DNA from: Candidatus Latescibacterota bacterium
GTDB lineage: Bacteria > Latescibacterota > UBA2968 > SICM01
Reading direction: 5' to 3'
Assembly (NCBI GenBank): GCA_965217865.1
Contig: CBDCJO010000001.1
Coordinates: forward strand, 256,001 to 320,000
DNA: 64,000 bases
The position numbers and the translations under genes were made by a program. The stretch's first letter is position 1, and every line of letters begins with the position of its first letter. The notes under the pieces are model-generated. The model was not told where the DNA came from and ran no database searches. It worked only from the letters and a program-made list of their open reading frames with translations. Positions 12,031-20,789 of the stretch are shown one piece after another.

Positions 12031-12305
12031 TGGTTATCATTAGAGCGTTAGATACAACTTGTTGGGTTCCTCTCCTTAACCTCCGTTCAGCCTTCTGGGT
12101 GTTTTCAGCGTAGAATTGATCTCTCCCCCACTCTGCGCGTTGCTTTTCCCGTTAAAGCATTCGAAGATTCCGTTGCGTGAAACCGCAACAGGTTAACGAC
12201 ACGCATTTTTAAAGAAGATGGGGCACAGGTAAAAATGGACGTTCACTCAAGAGGCGTAACACTCGCTGCTCACGAGTCACGCTGTAGTCGAAGGAGGTGA
12301 CGCGC

Positions 12306-12434
12306 ATGCCGGCGAAGAAGAAAGCGGCAAAGAAGAAGAAGAAAGCTGCCAAGAAGAAGGCTCCAGCGAAGAAGAAAGCTGCCAAGAAGAAGGCTCCAGC
12401 GAAGAAGAAAGCAGCAAAAAAGAGAAGGAGATAG
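12306..12434 (+). CDS. Small Lys/Ala-rich histone H1-like basic protein (42 aa; not in the ORF track)
   Basis: AAGGAGGTGA RBS; MPAKKKAAKKKKKAAKKKAPAKKKAAKKKAPAKKKAAKKRRR*; followed by a terminator. Confidence 0.88.
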   Translation: MPAKKKAAKKKKKAAKKKAPAKKKAAKKKAPAKKKAAKKRRR

Positions 12435-12481
12435 GGAGTGTGAACGAACCCCTTTTAAACCTGTAGCCCCATCTCATCTTT

Positions 12482-12518
12482 CAAGCCGACGGTCCAGCGC
12501 CGTCGGCTTGGTTTTTTT
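12482..12518 (+). terminator. Intrinsic terminator
   Basis: CAAGCCGACGG...CCGTCGGCTTG hairpin followed by a T-tract, between convergent genes. Confidence 0.85.
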
Positions 12519-13121
12519 CATTCAAAGGACAACCCCAAAGCGGCCAGATCCATCTGAAGCTCCTCGGCGGTTCGAAAAACAATCCCATGCATGCCCTGTC
12601 GGGAGGCCGCCTGGACATAGTCCGGAATATCGTCGATATAGACACAGACATCCCCGGAATGTCCCGCCGCTTCAATCGCTGCCTGATAAATCCGCGGGTC
12701 GGGTTTCGAGCAGCCGATCCGGTAGGACAGTATAAACCGATCGGGTAAACCCAGGACATCGAAACGTTCGACCAGATGTTGAAAATGCATCTCATTTGTG
12801 TTGGACAAAAGGACGATCGGGTATCGGCCTTTGAAAACACCGAGCAGGTTCTCGACACCGGGATTTGGAAAAAATGTCGCTCCAGATCTCTCGGAACCGT
12901 TCGAACGGGATGGACACACCCAGATGTCGAGTTGTCCAGGTGTGGAACTCCTGAGACGAAATCCGCCCCTCATCATATCCATGATCCGTGCCGTACAGGA
13001 GATGCCGTACTTCCGGCTCCGGCCTCCCGGACATGGACGCAAGGGCTCTAGAGGTGATCCCGTGATCAAATCGGACGAGCACGCCCCCAAGATCTGTGAT
13101 CAAGGCGCGAATCCGTGGCAT
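12518..13121 (-). pseudogene. HAD-family hydrolase (YihX-like), frameshifted at a homopolymer
   Basis: Motif I DLGGVL in one frame; LSNT, KPDPRIY and IDD in another; the switch is at the A6 run 12869-12874 and may be a sequencing error. Confidence 0.85.
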
Positions 13122-13401
13122 TTCCAAATTCATAAACACGGTTCGTGGAAGGATCGAATCGGCTTCGGATTTGAGTCAATCCGAAAAACCCCCGCCGCAT
13201 CCCCTCAACGAATTTATACCCACCATTCGAAAGATGCAACCTGAATTATCCCTCGATCTAGGTTTGCCAGAAGGATGGAACGCACCGTGGCAGGAGCCAA
13301 AAAAGAGTGGACATCCATGTGCTCTTATGCTATATTTTTCATAGAAATAAACCGTTAGTCCATCTTGTAAATACCCCTGGAAAACCCAAAGGGATATCGA
13401 T

Positions 13402-13626
13402 ATGCCTGAGTTTTCGAGCATCGGAAAGATTTTGATGACCTCGGGGACCGTCCTGTTTCTGATCGGCGGTTTGCTCTTCCTGAATGTTAAGATTTCCTAC
13501 CTGGGCCATCTACCCGGAGACATCGCCATCCAGCGCAAAGGTTACAGTTTTTATTTTCCCGTCGCAACCTGTATTCTCCTCAGCATCGCCCTCTCCATTC
13601 TCCTGAGCTTCTTCTCCCGCCGGTGA
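13402..13626 (+). CDS. DUF2905-family membrane protein
   Basis: LGHLPGDI...FYFPVATCILLS signature; typical neighbour of queA. Confidence 0.88.
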   Translation: MPEFSSIGKILMTSGTVLFLIGGLLFLNVKISYLGHLPGDIAIQRKGYSFYFPVATCILLSIALSILLSFFSRR

Positions 13627-14660
13627 TCACCTCCAGTGAGTTGTCGGACTTCGACTATGATCTTCCGGAGAGACTGGTCGCCTCCCATCCAGTCCCGGTT
13701 CGAGACGAATCCAGGATGATGATCCTTCACCGCTCGAAGGAAAGAATCGAGCACGGGATCTTCCGGGATGTGAAAAACTACCTTTGTCCCGGCGATGTGA
13801 TGGTCGTCAACCAGACGAAGGTGATTCGGGCACGGTTGTTGGGAGAGGGACCCGGAGGCGGGCGGGTAGAACTGTTGCTGCTCGGCCGGTGCGGGAAAAA
13901 TCTCTGGAAAGCCATGGGCCGACCGGGACGACGATTGCGGGTCGGCGCATGGGTCAAATTCAACAACGGCCTCCTGACGGGTGAAGTGATCGGCCTCCTG
14001 CCGAAGGGCCTTTTTACGATCCACTTTCAGGGAGATGACGTAGCGGGGTCGATCGAACAAATAGGAAGGGTCCCGTTGCCTCCTTACCTGCACAGGGCAG
14101 ATATCGAAGCAGATAGAGAGCGATATCAGACAGTCTACGCAAAGACAGCGGGTGCCGTGGCGGCCCCCACGGCCGGGCTCCACTTTACCGAGGACCTGCT
14201 CGACGGGATTCGCAATTCGGGTGTGGACATCGTCCCGGTATTGCTGCAGGTGGGGCCGGCGACTTTCCGCCCTCTATCCCAGGAAGAACTGGCGGAGAAT
14301 AAGCTGGAGGGTGAATTCTACCGGGTCGGTTCCAGGGCCGCACGGCGCATCACCGCAGCGAGGAAAAAAGGAGGCCGGATCATCGCGGTGGGTACGACCA
14401 CGGTCCGTGCCCTTGAAACAGCTTCGGATGAAGGGGGGGGGATGCGCATGAGATCGGGAACCACTGAAATTTTCATTCGTCCACCCTATACCTTCAAGGT
14501 CGTGGACGCCCTCATCACCAATTTTCACCTCCCCCGGTCTTCACTTCTCATGCTGGTTTCCGCATTCGCGGGCAAGGCGTTTATTTTTAGGGCGTACCGT
14601 GAAGCCGTGGAACGTGGATATCGATTCTACAGCTATGGTGATGCGATGTTAATCCTTTGA
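13623..14660 (+). CDS. queA: SAM:tRNA ribosyltransferase-isomerase
   Basis: FDYDLP, PLPPY, AVAAPTAGLHF, TNFHLPRSSL, YRFYSYGDAM. Confidence 0.98.
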   Translation: MITSSELSDFDYDLPERLVASHPVPVRDESRMMILHRSKERIEHGIFRDVKNYLCPGDVMVVNQTKVIRARLLGEGPGGGRVELLLLGRCGKNLWKAMGRPGRRLRVGAWVKFNNGLLTGEVIGLLPKGLFTIHFQGDDVAGSIEQIGRVPLPPYLHRADIEADRERYQTVYAKTAGAVAAPTAGLHFTEDLLDGIRNSGVDIVPVLLQVGPATFRPLSQEELAENKLEGEFYRVGSRAARRITAARKKGGRIIAVGTTTVRALETASDEGGGMRMRSGTTEIFIRPPYTFKVVDALITNFHLPRSSLLMLVSAFAGKAFIFRAYREAVERGYRFYSYGDAMLIL

Positions 14661-15859
14661 ACGGGGACACCCGCTGCCCCCCTCCCCTTATGTCTGCAAT
14701 TGCCATCATCCTTGCGGCGGGAACGGGCCGCCGAATGGGTGGAGAGACGCCCAAGCTTTTTCTGCCGCTCGGTGGGAGGCCGATCCTGTCATATACCCTG
14801 GAGGCATTCGAGAAAGCGGAACAAGTCCGGGCCGTCGTAGTGGTAACCCACGAATCGATGTCGGATGCGTGTCAAAAGGGAATTGTCGAACGTTTCGGAT
14901 TACGGAAGGTGACCGACCTTATCGTCGGTGGGGCCGAACGTCAGGATTCGGTACGGGCCGGTTTGCACGCCGTCAGAGGCCGGGCGGATATCGTCGTGGT
15001 CCACGACGGAGACCGTCCGTTTGTCACTCCCGACCTGATCGATAACTCGGTCGAAATGTGCAAAGAATCCGAAGGCGCTGTGACCGCGGTCCCGTTGACC
15101 GACACGGTGAAGGTGGCGAAGGCGGGTCGGGTGATCGAGACGCTCGACCGCACGCGGCTCTGGGCCGCACAGACGCCCCAGACCTTTCCCTTTGACCTGC
15201 TCTGGGAGGCCCACGAAAAGGCCCGGTCGGAACGCATTAAAGGCACCGACGAGGCCTCTCTGGTCGAAAGGCTCGGGCACAGCCCGACCCTCATCGAAGG
15301 TCTTCAGGAGAATATCAAGATCACGACACCCGGGGATCTGCTCCTGGCGGAGACCATCTTGAAAAACCGGGAGGGAAAAGGAAGACGTCTCCGGGTGGGC
15401 CATGGCTACGATATTCACCGCCTCGTCGAGGGGAGGCGGATGGTGCTCGGTGGGGTGGAGATCCCTTTCGAAAAGGGTCTCCTGGGCCATTCCGACGCCG
15501 ATGTGCTCTGCCACGCAGTGGCCGACGCCCTTCTGGGCGCGTTGGGACTCGGGGATATCGGAGTCCATTTTCCGGACTCGGACCCGCGCTACAAGGACCT
15601 CTCCAGCCTTGTCCTGCTGAAGCGGGTGGCGGACAAGCTGGCCAAGGCCTCGGCCAAAATCGAAAATATCGACGCAACCCTTGTCGCAGAACACCCGAAG
15701 ATCGCCCCTTACGCCGACCGGATGCGTCAAAACATCGGCAGGACCCTGGACCTTTCGATGGATCGGGTCTCGATTAAAGCCACGACGAACGAGGGAATGG
15801 GGGCTCTCGGAAGGGAAGAAGGAATGGCAGCCTGGGCGATTGCCCTTGTCGAATCGTAG
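14657..15859 (+). CDS. ispDF: Bifunctional IspD/IspF
   Basis: LAAGTGRRMG, GGAERQDSV, QTPQ, KITT; then GHGYDIH, GHSDADV, GDIG, KATT; alternative start 14690. Confidence 0.97.
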   Translation: MNGDTRCPPPLMSAIAIILAAGTGRRMGGETPKLFLPLGGRPILSYTLEAFEKAEQVRAVVVVTHESMSDACQKGIVERFGLRKVTDLIVGGAERQDSVRAGLHAVRGRADIVVVHDGDRPFVTPDLIDNSVEMCKESEGAVTAVPLTDTVKVAKAGRVIETLDRTRLWAAQTPQTFPFDLLWEAHEKARSERIKGTDEASLVERLGHSPTLIEGLQENIKITTPGDLLLAETILKNREGKGRRLRVGHGYDIHRLVEGRRMVLGGVEIPFEKGLLGHSDADVLCHAVADALLGALGLGDIGVHFPDSDPRYKDLSSLVLLKRVADKLAKASAKIENIDATLVAEHPKIAPYADRMRQNIGRTLDLSMDRVSIKATTNEGMGALGREEGMAAWAIALVES

Positions 15860-15866
15860 GGTGGCG

Positions 15867-16532
15867 ATGGAATACTTCGATCAGTTTGTTGCATTCATAA
15901 GCGGGCAATCCCCGCTCCTGATATACACGACCCTCTTTCTGGGTGCCTTCTTCGAAAATCTGATTCCGCCGATCCCCGGGGATTCCATCATCGTTTTTGG
16001 GGCTTACCTGTCCGGGCGAGGGGTGCTCGGTAAGACCGAGGCCTTTATCTGGATGTGGATCGGCAGCTATACCGGATGCATGCTCCTCTATGTCATTGGC
16101 TACACGAAAGGCAGGGAGTTTTTTGTCACCAGGAGTCCGCGCATCTTCAGCCCGGAACGATTTGCCCAGGCCGAGCGGTGGTTCGAACGATATGGCGGAA
16201 AATTGATCGTCTTTAACCGATTCCTCCCGGGTGTTCGCTGTGTCATCGGAATTTCCGCAGGCTTAAGCCGTGTGAAACCTTGGCGCATGGGGCTCTACGT
16301 TGCTCTGGGCACCCTCCTCTGGAACGGCATCCTTGTCTACACAGGGATCATGGTGGGCTCTAATTGGAAATTGATCCTCCAGATCCTGAAAACCTACAAT
16401 CATATCATGATGGTGCTCATCCTGCTTGCGGGATGTGCCTTCGCCGCCATCTGGTTTCGTCGCAGAAAAAAACGCTCCGCAACCGGAAACGAGCGTTCGG
16501 ATCCGCGCCTCGACGACCGTAAAGTCGGCTGA
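15867..16532 (+). CDS. DedA-family membrane protein
   Basis: ENLIPPIPGD, FERYG, RFLPGVR motifs. Confidence 0.93.
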   Translation: MEYFDQFVAFISGQSPLLIYTTLFLGAFFENLIPPIPGDSIIVFGAYLSGRGVLGKTEAFIWMWIGSYTGCMLLYVIGYTKGREFFVTRSPRIFSPERFAQAERWFERYGGKLIVFNRFLPGVRCVIGISAGLSRVKPWRMGLYVALGTLLWNGILVYTGIMVGSNWKLILQILKTYNHIMMVLILLAGCAFAAIWFRRRKKRSATGNERSDPRLDDRKVG

Positions 16533-16588
16533 AACGACGTGAACACGACTCGATCTTAGTTCGAAAGAGGAAACCCCGACAGGTTTTC

Positions 16589-18046
16589 ATGCCGCTCGAA
16601 ATAGAAAATTCCCTGACCCGAAGGAAAGAACCGTTCGTACCCTTGAGAAAGGGGCACGTCGGCATCTACCTCTGCGGACCGACGGTGTACGGGCATTCCC
16701 ACATTGGACACGCGAAGAGCTACATCTGCTTCGACGTGATCGTGCGGTATCTCCGCTATCTGGGCTACCGGGTGCGGTACATACAGAACATTACAGACGT
16801 GGGTCACCTGACGGACGACACGGTCGGAATGGCGGACCAGGGTGAGGATAAGATCTTAAAACAGGCCGGGCTCGAACAGGTTGAGCCCATGGAACTGGTC
16901 GAGCGTTACACCCGGAGCTACTTCGAAGACATGGATCGGCTGAACGTCATCAGGCCGGACATATCCCCACGGGCTTCGGGTCACATCCCCGAACAGATCG
17001 ACCTCATCGAACATCTGATCGACGGGGGATTCGCTTACGTCAACGACGGTTACGTCTATTTTTCGGTCCGTTCGTTCGAAAACTACGGCAGCCTCTCCGG
17101 ACGCAGACACGAGGATCAGGAGACCGGTACCCGCGTCGATGCGGATCCGAGGAAAAAAGACGCCGTCGATTTTACCCTTTGGAAGAAGGCGGGGCCGGAG
17201 CATATCCTTCGGTGGAATAGTCCGTGGGGGTCGGGCTACCCGGGATGGCACACCGAGTGCTCCGCGATGTCCATGCGCTATCTCGGTGAGACCTTCGACA
17301 TCCACGGGGGAGGAATCGAACACCTTTTCCCCCACCACGAGTGCGAGATCGCGCAGAGCGAAGCGGTGACCGGGAACCCTTTCGTGCGGTTCTGGGTCCA
17401 TAACAACATGCTGACGGTGAACGGAACGAAGATGGGGAAGTCCCTCGGGAATTTTACGACCATCAAGGATGCGCTCCGAAAGGTGGAGCCCCAGACCCTC
17501 CGTCTTTTCATCCTGAACAGTCACTATCGGAGTGTCACGGATTTCAGTATGGAGGCCATCGGTGCCATGGCACGGGGAATGGAGCGTTTGAGAAGGACGG
17601 TAAAAACCATCGAGGAACGATCTCGTACGGCACCGGCGAAAGAACCCGATAAGGACCTTGAGGAGCGGTTCGAAAAAACCCGTCGGACTTTCGCGGCGTC
17701 GATGGACAACGACTTCAACACCGGCCTGGCCCTGGCTGAACTCTTCGAGCTGACGCGGGACATGAATGCGACGTTGGACGCCGGGGTCACGGGCGGGAGG
17801 GACCTCAAATCGGCCAGAAAGATCTATGCCGACCTCGCCGAGGGGGTGCTCGGGCTTGACTTCGGGAATCAGGAGCGGGAAACGAGTTCGAACGAGGAAG
17901 CACTCGTCGACTATATTCTGGAACTTCGGGAGACCTCACGAGTCAAAAAGGATTGGGAAACAGCAGATTTACTAAGGTGTCGAATGGATGAATTGGGTTA
18001 TCTGATCGAAGATGGGCAGGAGGGAACAAAGTGGCGCAGAAAGTAA
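16589..18046 (+). CDS. cysS: Cysteine-tRNA ligase
   Basis: CGPTVY, HIGH, PGWHTEC, FPHHECE, KMGKS. Confidence 0.99.
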   Translation: MPLEIENSLTRRKEPFVPLRKGHVGIYLCGPTVYGHSHIGHAKSYICFDVIVRYLRYLGYRVRYIQNITDVGHLTDDTVGMADQGEDKILKQAGLEQVEPMELVERYTRSYFEDMDRLNVIRPDISPRASGHIPEQIDLIEHLIDGGFAYVNDGYVYFSVRSFENYGSLSGRRHEDQETGTRVDADPRKKDAVDFTLWKKAGPEHILRWNSPWGSGYPGWHTECSAMSMRYLGETFDIHGGGIEHLFPHHECEIAQSEAVTGNPFVRFWVHNNMLTVNGTKMGKSLGNFTTIKDALRKVEPQTLRLFILNSHYRSVTDFSMEAIGAMARGMERLRRTVKTIEERSRTAPAKEPDKDLEERFEKTRRTFAASMDNDFNTGLALAELFELTRDMNATLDAGVTGGRDLKSARKIYADLAEGVLGLDFGNQERETSSNEEALVDYILELRETSRVKKDWETADLLRCRMDELGYLIEDGQEGTKWRRK

Positions 18047-18097
18047 GGCCCCGCGTGCCGGTTTCTCTTCGAGGGACGACGATCCGGCAGCAGGGAC

Positions 18098-18126
18098 TTG
18101 ACATCGATCCGTCTCAGCCGTAATTT
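18098..18126 (+). promoter_or_regulatory. sigma70-like promoter of tRNA-Thr(TGT)
   Basis: TTGACA-17 bp-TAATTT ending 14 nt before the tRNA. Confidence 0.75.
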
Positions 18127-18140
18127 ACCTCGAATGGGAC

Positions 18141-18213
18141 GCCGACGTAGCTCAGATGGCAGAGCAGCTGATTTGTAATCAGCGGGTCGTGGGTTCGATT
18201 CCCTCCGTCGGCT
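18141..18213 (+). tRNA. tRNA-Thr(TGT)
   Basis: GCCGACG acceptor stem; anticodon arm GCTGA-TT-TGT-AA-TCAGC. Confidence 0.97.
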
Positions 18214-18218
18214 GACCC

Positions 18219-18254
18219 AACGGGGCACCGGGTTCCTCCCGGTGCCCGTTTCTT
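18219..18254 (+). terminator. Hairpin after the tRNA (probable terminator)
   Basis: GGGCACCGGG/CCCGGTGCCC stem followed by GTTTCTT. Confidence 0.6.
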
Positions 18255-18301
18255 GGACCTCGAAGGAGACAACCCGTCCATTCCTATTAAGGAGGAGCCA
18301 G

Positions 18302-18997
18302 ATGGGATTGAAACCCCTGGAACGCCAGACGCTCAGGGAAAAGGTCGTTGAAACGATCAAGAATTTCATCCTGGAAAACAGACTCAAACCCGGGGATCGG
18401 TTACCGACCGAACAAGAACTTGCAGTCCAACTGTCCGTGGGTCGATCCTCGGTCAGAGAAGCCCTCAAGTCCCTCGAGATGATCGGAGTCCTCGAGTCCC
18501 GACCAAAAATCGGTTGTTTGGTTAAGTCTGTCAACATGAGCCGTCTTACGGAACATATCTCTTTCAGCGTCCAGGTGGGTCAGGCGACGATGACCGAACT
18601 TCTGGAAGCGCGGGAGTTCCTGGAGGCCAACATCATTCCGCTCGTGGTCCAGAAAAACGATCCGATCGTGTTCAAGGAGATGGCAGAGGGATTGGAAATG
18701 ATGGAAGAGGTGTTGGCGGGACGGGGCGACCGGCGGGAGTCCGACGAGAAATTTCACACGGCCCTGTTCAAAGGGGCCCACAATTCGGTTTTGCAGAGCT
18801 TCAACGAAGTCATCAACGGGTTCTTCGTTCGAATCCGAAATGAGTATGCCAAGAAGGTGCCGGGGACCAAAGAATGGTTCGAGGATCACAAGTCCATATA
18901 CGAAGCCCTCAAAAAAAAGGATGCGGTGCTTGCCCAGGCCCTTATGCGCGCCCATCTGAACCGGTACGCGGACTACGGCCTCATCAAGAGGAACTGA
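18302..18997 (+). CDS. FadR/GntR-family transcriptional regulator
   Basis: GDRLPTEQELA, VGRSSVREAL HTH; FCD-like C-terminus; AAGGAGG RBS. Confidence 0.95.
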   Translation: MGLKPLERQTLREKVVETIKNFILENRLKPGDRLPTEQELAVQLSVGRSSVREALKSLEMIGVLESRPKIGCLVKSVNMSRLTEHISFSVQVGQATMTELLEAREFLEANIIPLVVQKNDPIVFKEMAEGLEMMEEVLAGRGDRRESDEKFHTALFKGAHNSVLQSFNEVINGFFVRIRNEYAKKVPGTKEWFEDHKSIYEALKKKDAVLAQALMRAHLNRYADYGLIKRN

Positions 18998-19047
18998 ACC
19001 TGATTTCGCTCCCCCTGGCTAACCCGTGACTTCGAAATCTTTGACCT

Positions 19048-20010
19048 CTACGGAGAACCCATCCCGTTCCCGTGCGATCGATCCGGTGGATCGACCTTCA
19101 GGCTTCCCACGAGTTCGGTGACCCTCCTGATGCCTGCGTCCCGGCAGTGAGTCTCGATCCCCTCCGCCACTTCGATTGCGGTCGTGGGATTGACGAACGT
19201 GGCGGTCCCCACCTGAATGGCGGTGGCCCCGACGATCAGAAACGCCATGGCGTCCTCGGAACTTGAAATCCCCCCCATACCCACGATCGGCACCCGGACC
19301 CGCTGGGCGACCTTCCAAGTCATGGCCAGTGCCATCGGTTTTATGGCCGGTCCCGAAAGCCCGCCCGTGATATTCGCGAGGACAGGCCGACATCGCTTCA
19401 CGTCCACGGCCATGCCCACGAAGGTGTTGACCAGGGCAACGGCGTCCGCCCCGCCGTCTTCGACGGCCCCCGCAATCTCCGCAATGTCCGTCACGTTGGG
19501 GGTCAGCTTGACGATGACGGGGGTATCGACCGCCCGCTTCACGGCTTCCGTGACTTGACAAGCCGCTCGGGGTTTACACCCGAAAAGCATCCCCCCGTCT
19601 TTCATGTTCGGCGATGATATGTTCAACTCAAGGGCGTGAACCCCGGGAAGGCCGTCAAGCCTTCGAGCCATCTCCGCGAATTCCTCGACCGTGGTGCCTG
19701 CGATGCTGACGATCGAAGCCGCGGGCAGTTCCTGAAGGGGGGGTAACTTTTCAGCGATAAAACCCTCGATTCCCGGATTTTGAAGCCCGATGGCATTCAG
19801 CATCCCGGCCGGTGTTTCGACGGTACGGGGGTAAGCGCAGCCCGCCCTCGGCTCCATCGTGATCGTCTTGGTTACCACTCCCCCGATTTTCGTAAAGTCC
19901 ATCCAGTCCGCGTATTCCGCCCCGTGACCGAATGTCCCCGAGGCCAGAAGGACGGGATTGCGGAGGGATAGACTTGCGATTTGGACGGACAGGTCGACCA
20001 TCAGGACCAC
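19048..20010 (-). CDS. pyrD: Dihydroorotate dehydrogenase 1B catalytic subunit
   Basis: ASGTFG, NAIGLQNPG, ELNISSPN, VKLTPN, GGLSGPAIKP. Confidence 0.97.
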   Translation of the reverse strand: MVLMVDLSVQIASLSLRNPVLLASGTFGHGAEYADWMDFTKIGGVVTKTITMEPRAGCAYPRTVETPAGMLNAIGLQNPGIEGFIAEKLPPLQELPAASIVSIAGTTVEEFAEMARRLDGLPGVHALELNISSPNMKDGGMLFGCKPRAACQVTEAVKRAVDTPVIVKLTPNVTDIAEIAGAVEDGGADAVALVNTFVGMAVDVKRCRPVLANITGGLSGPAIKPMALAMTWKVAQRVRVPIVGMGGISSSEDAMAFLIVGATAIQVGTATFVNPTTAIEVAEGIETHCRDAGIRRVTELVGSLKVDPPDRSHGNGMGSP

Positions 20011-20783
20011 GCGATTTTTTCAGCGTCGAAGACCGGCCCTTCGACACAGACTCTTCGATTTCGAAGGTATGGGTTGACTTCATCCGGATATTCCACGACA
20101 CAGCCGACGCAGGCACCGAAACCGCACGCCATGTGGTTTTCCAGAGATACAACGCACCGCGCCTTGTGCCGGCAGGCGATCCCCGCGGCGGCTTTCATCA
20201 TCGGGGTGGGGCCGCAGCAAAACACCTGGCAGGGACCCGCTGTGAGATGGGTTTCCATCAGTTCTGTCACAAAACCCCGGTGACCGACGCTTCCGTCGTC
20301 GGTCGCAATCTCCGTGCGAAATCCGGGGGGCATCAGACCGCCCGGGTCGGGCAGCCGCCCTCTGCTGGCGGCGCCGAAAAGCAGGAGGCTGTCGCTTTCC
20401 GGATCCTCATTCGCCCAGAAGGCCAGGGGGACGATGCCCACGCCCCCCGCGACCAGGATCACGCTGCCCGCGTCTGGGCGGGGGACATAAGGGCGGCCCA
20501 GCGGACCGATGATGTCCAGGGGATCCCCCCGACCATCGCGGGAAAGCGCGCGCGTGCCGGCCCCGATATCGTCATACAGCACGTCGACCCACCCGGCTTT
20601 CGGGTTCCGCCTCATCACGCTGAACGGCCTTCGCAGGTATGGGGCCCACCCGTCCGAGACCCGGATGTTGATAAACTGTGCCGGGCGTACGGCGGCGGCG
20701 ATCCGGGGGACTTCGAGCCGCATCAGATAGATGCGCTCAGCGACCTGATCGTTGAACAGGACCCTCCCGATTTCCTGGAACAT
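20001..20783 (-). CDS. pyrK: Dihydroorotate dehydrogenase electron-transfer subunit
   Basis: RRPFS, AGGVGIVP, CCGP, MACGFGACVGC...VCVEGPVF. Confidence 0.97.
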   Translation of the reverse strand: MFQEIGRVLFNDQVAERIYLMRLEVPRIAAAVRPAQFINIRVSDGWAPYLRRPFSVMRRNPKAGWVDVLYDDIGAGTRALSRDGRGDPLDIIGPLGRPYVPRPDAGSVILVAGGVGIVPLAFWANEDPESDSLLLFGAASRGRLPDPGGLMPPGFRTEIATDDGSVGHRGFVTELMETHLTAGPCQVFCCGPTPMMKAAAGIACRHKARCVVSLENHMACGFGACVGCVVEYPDEVNPYLRNRRVCVEGPVFDAEKIAWS

Positions 20784-20789
20784 ATAAGC

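Noticed and set aside
12277-12477. Minus-strand Ser-rich 66-aa ORF
   Set aside because: Antisense of the Lys-rich gene, which has the RBS and terminator
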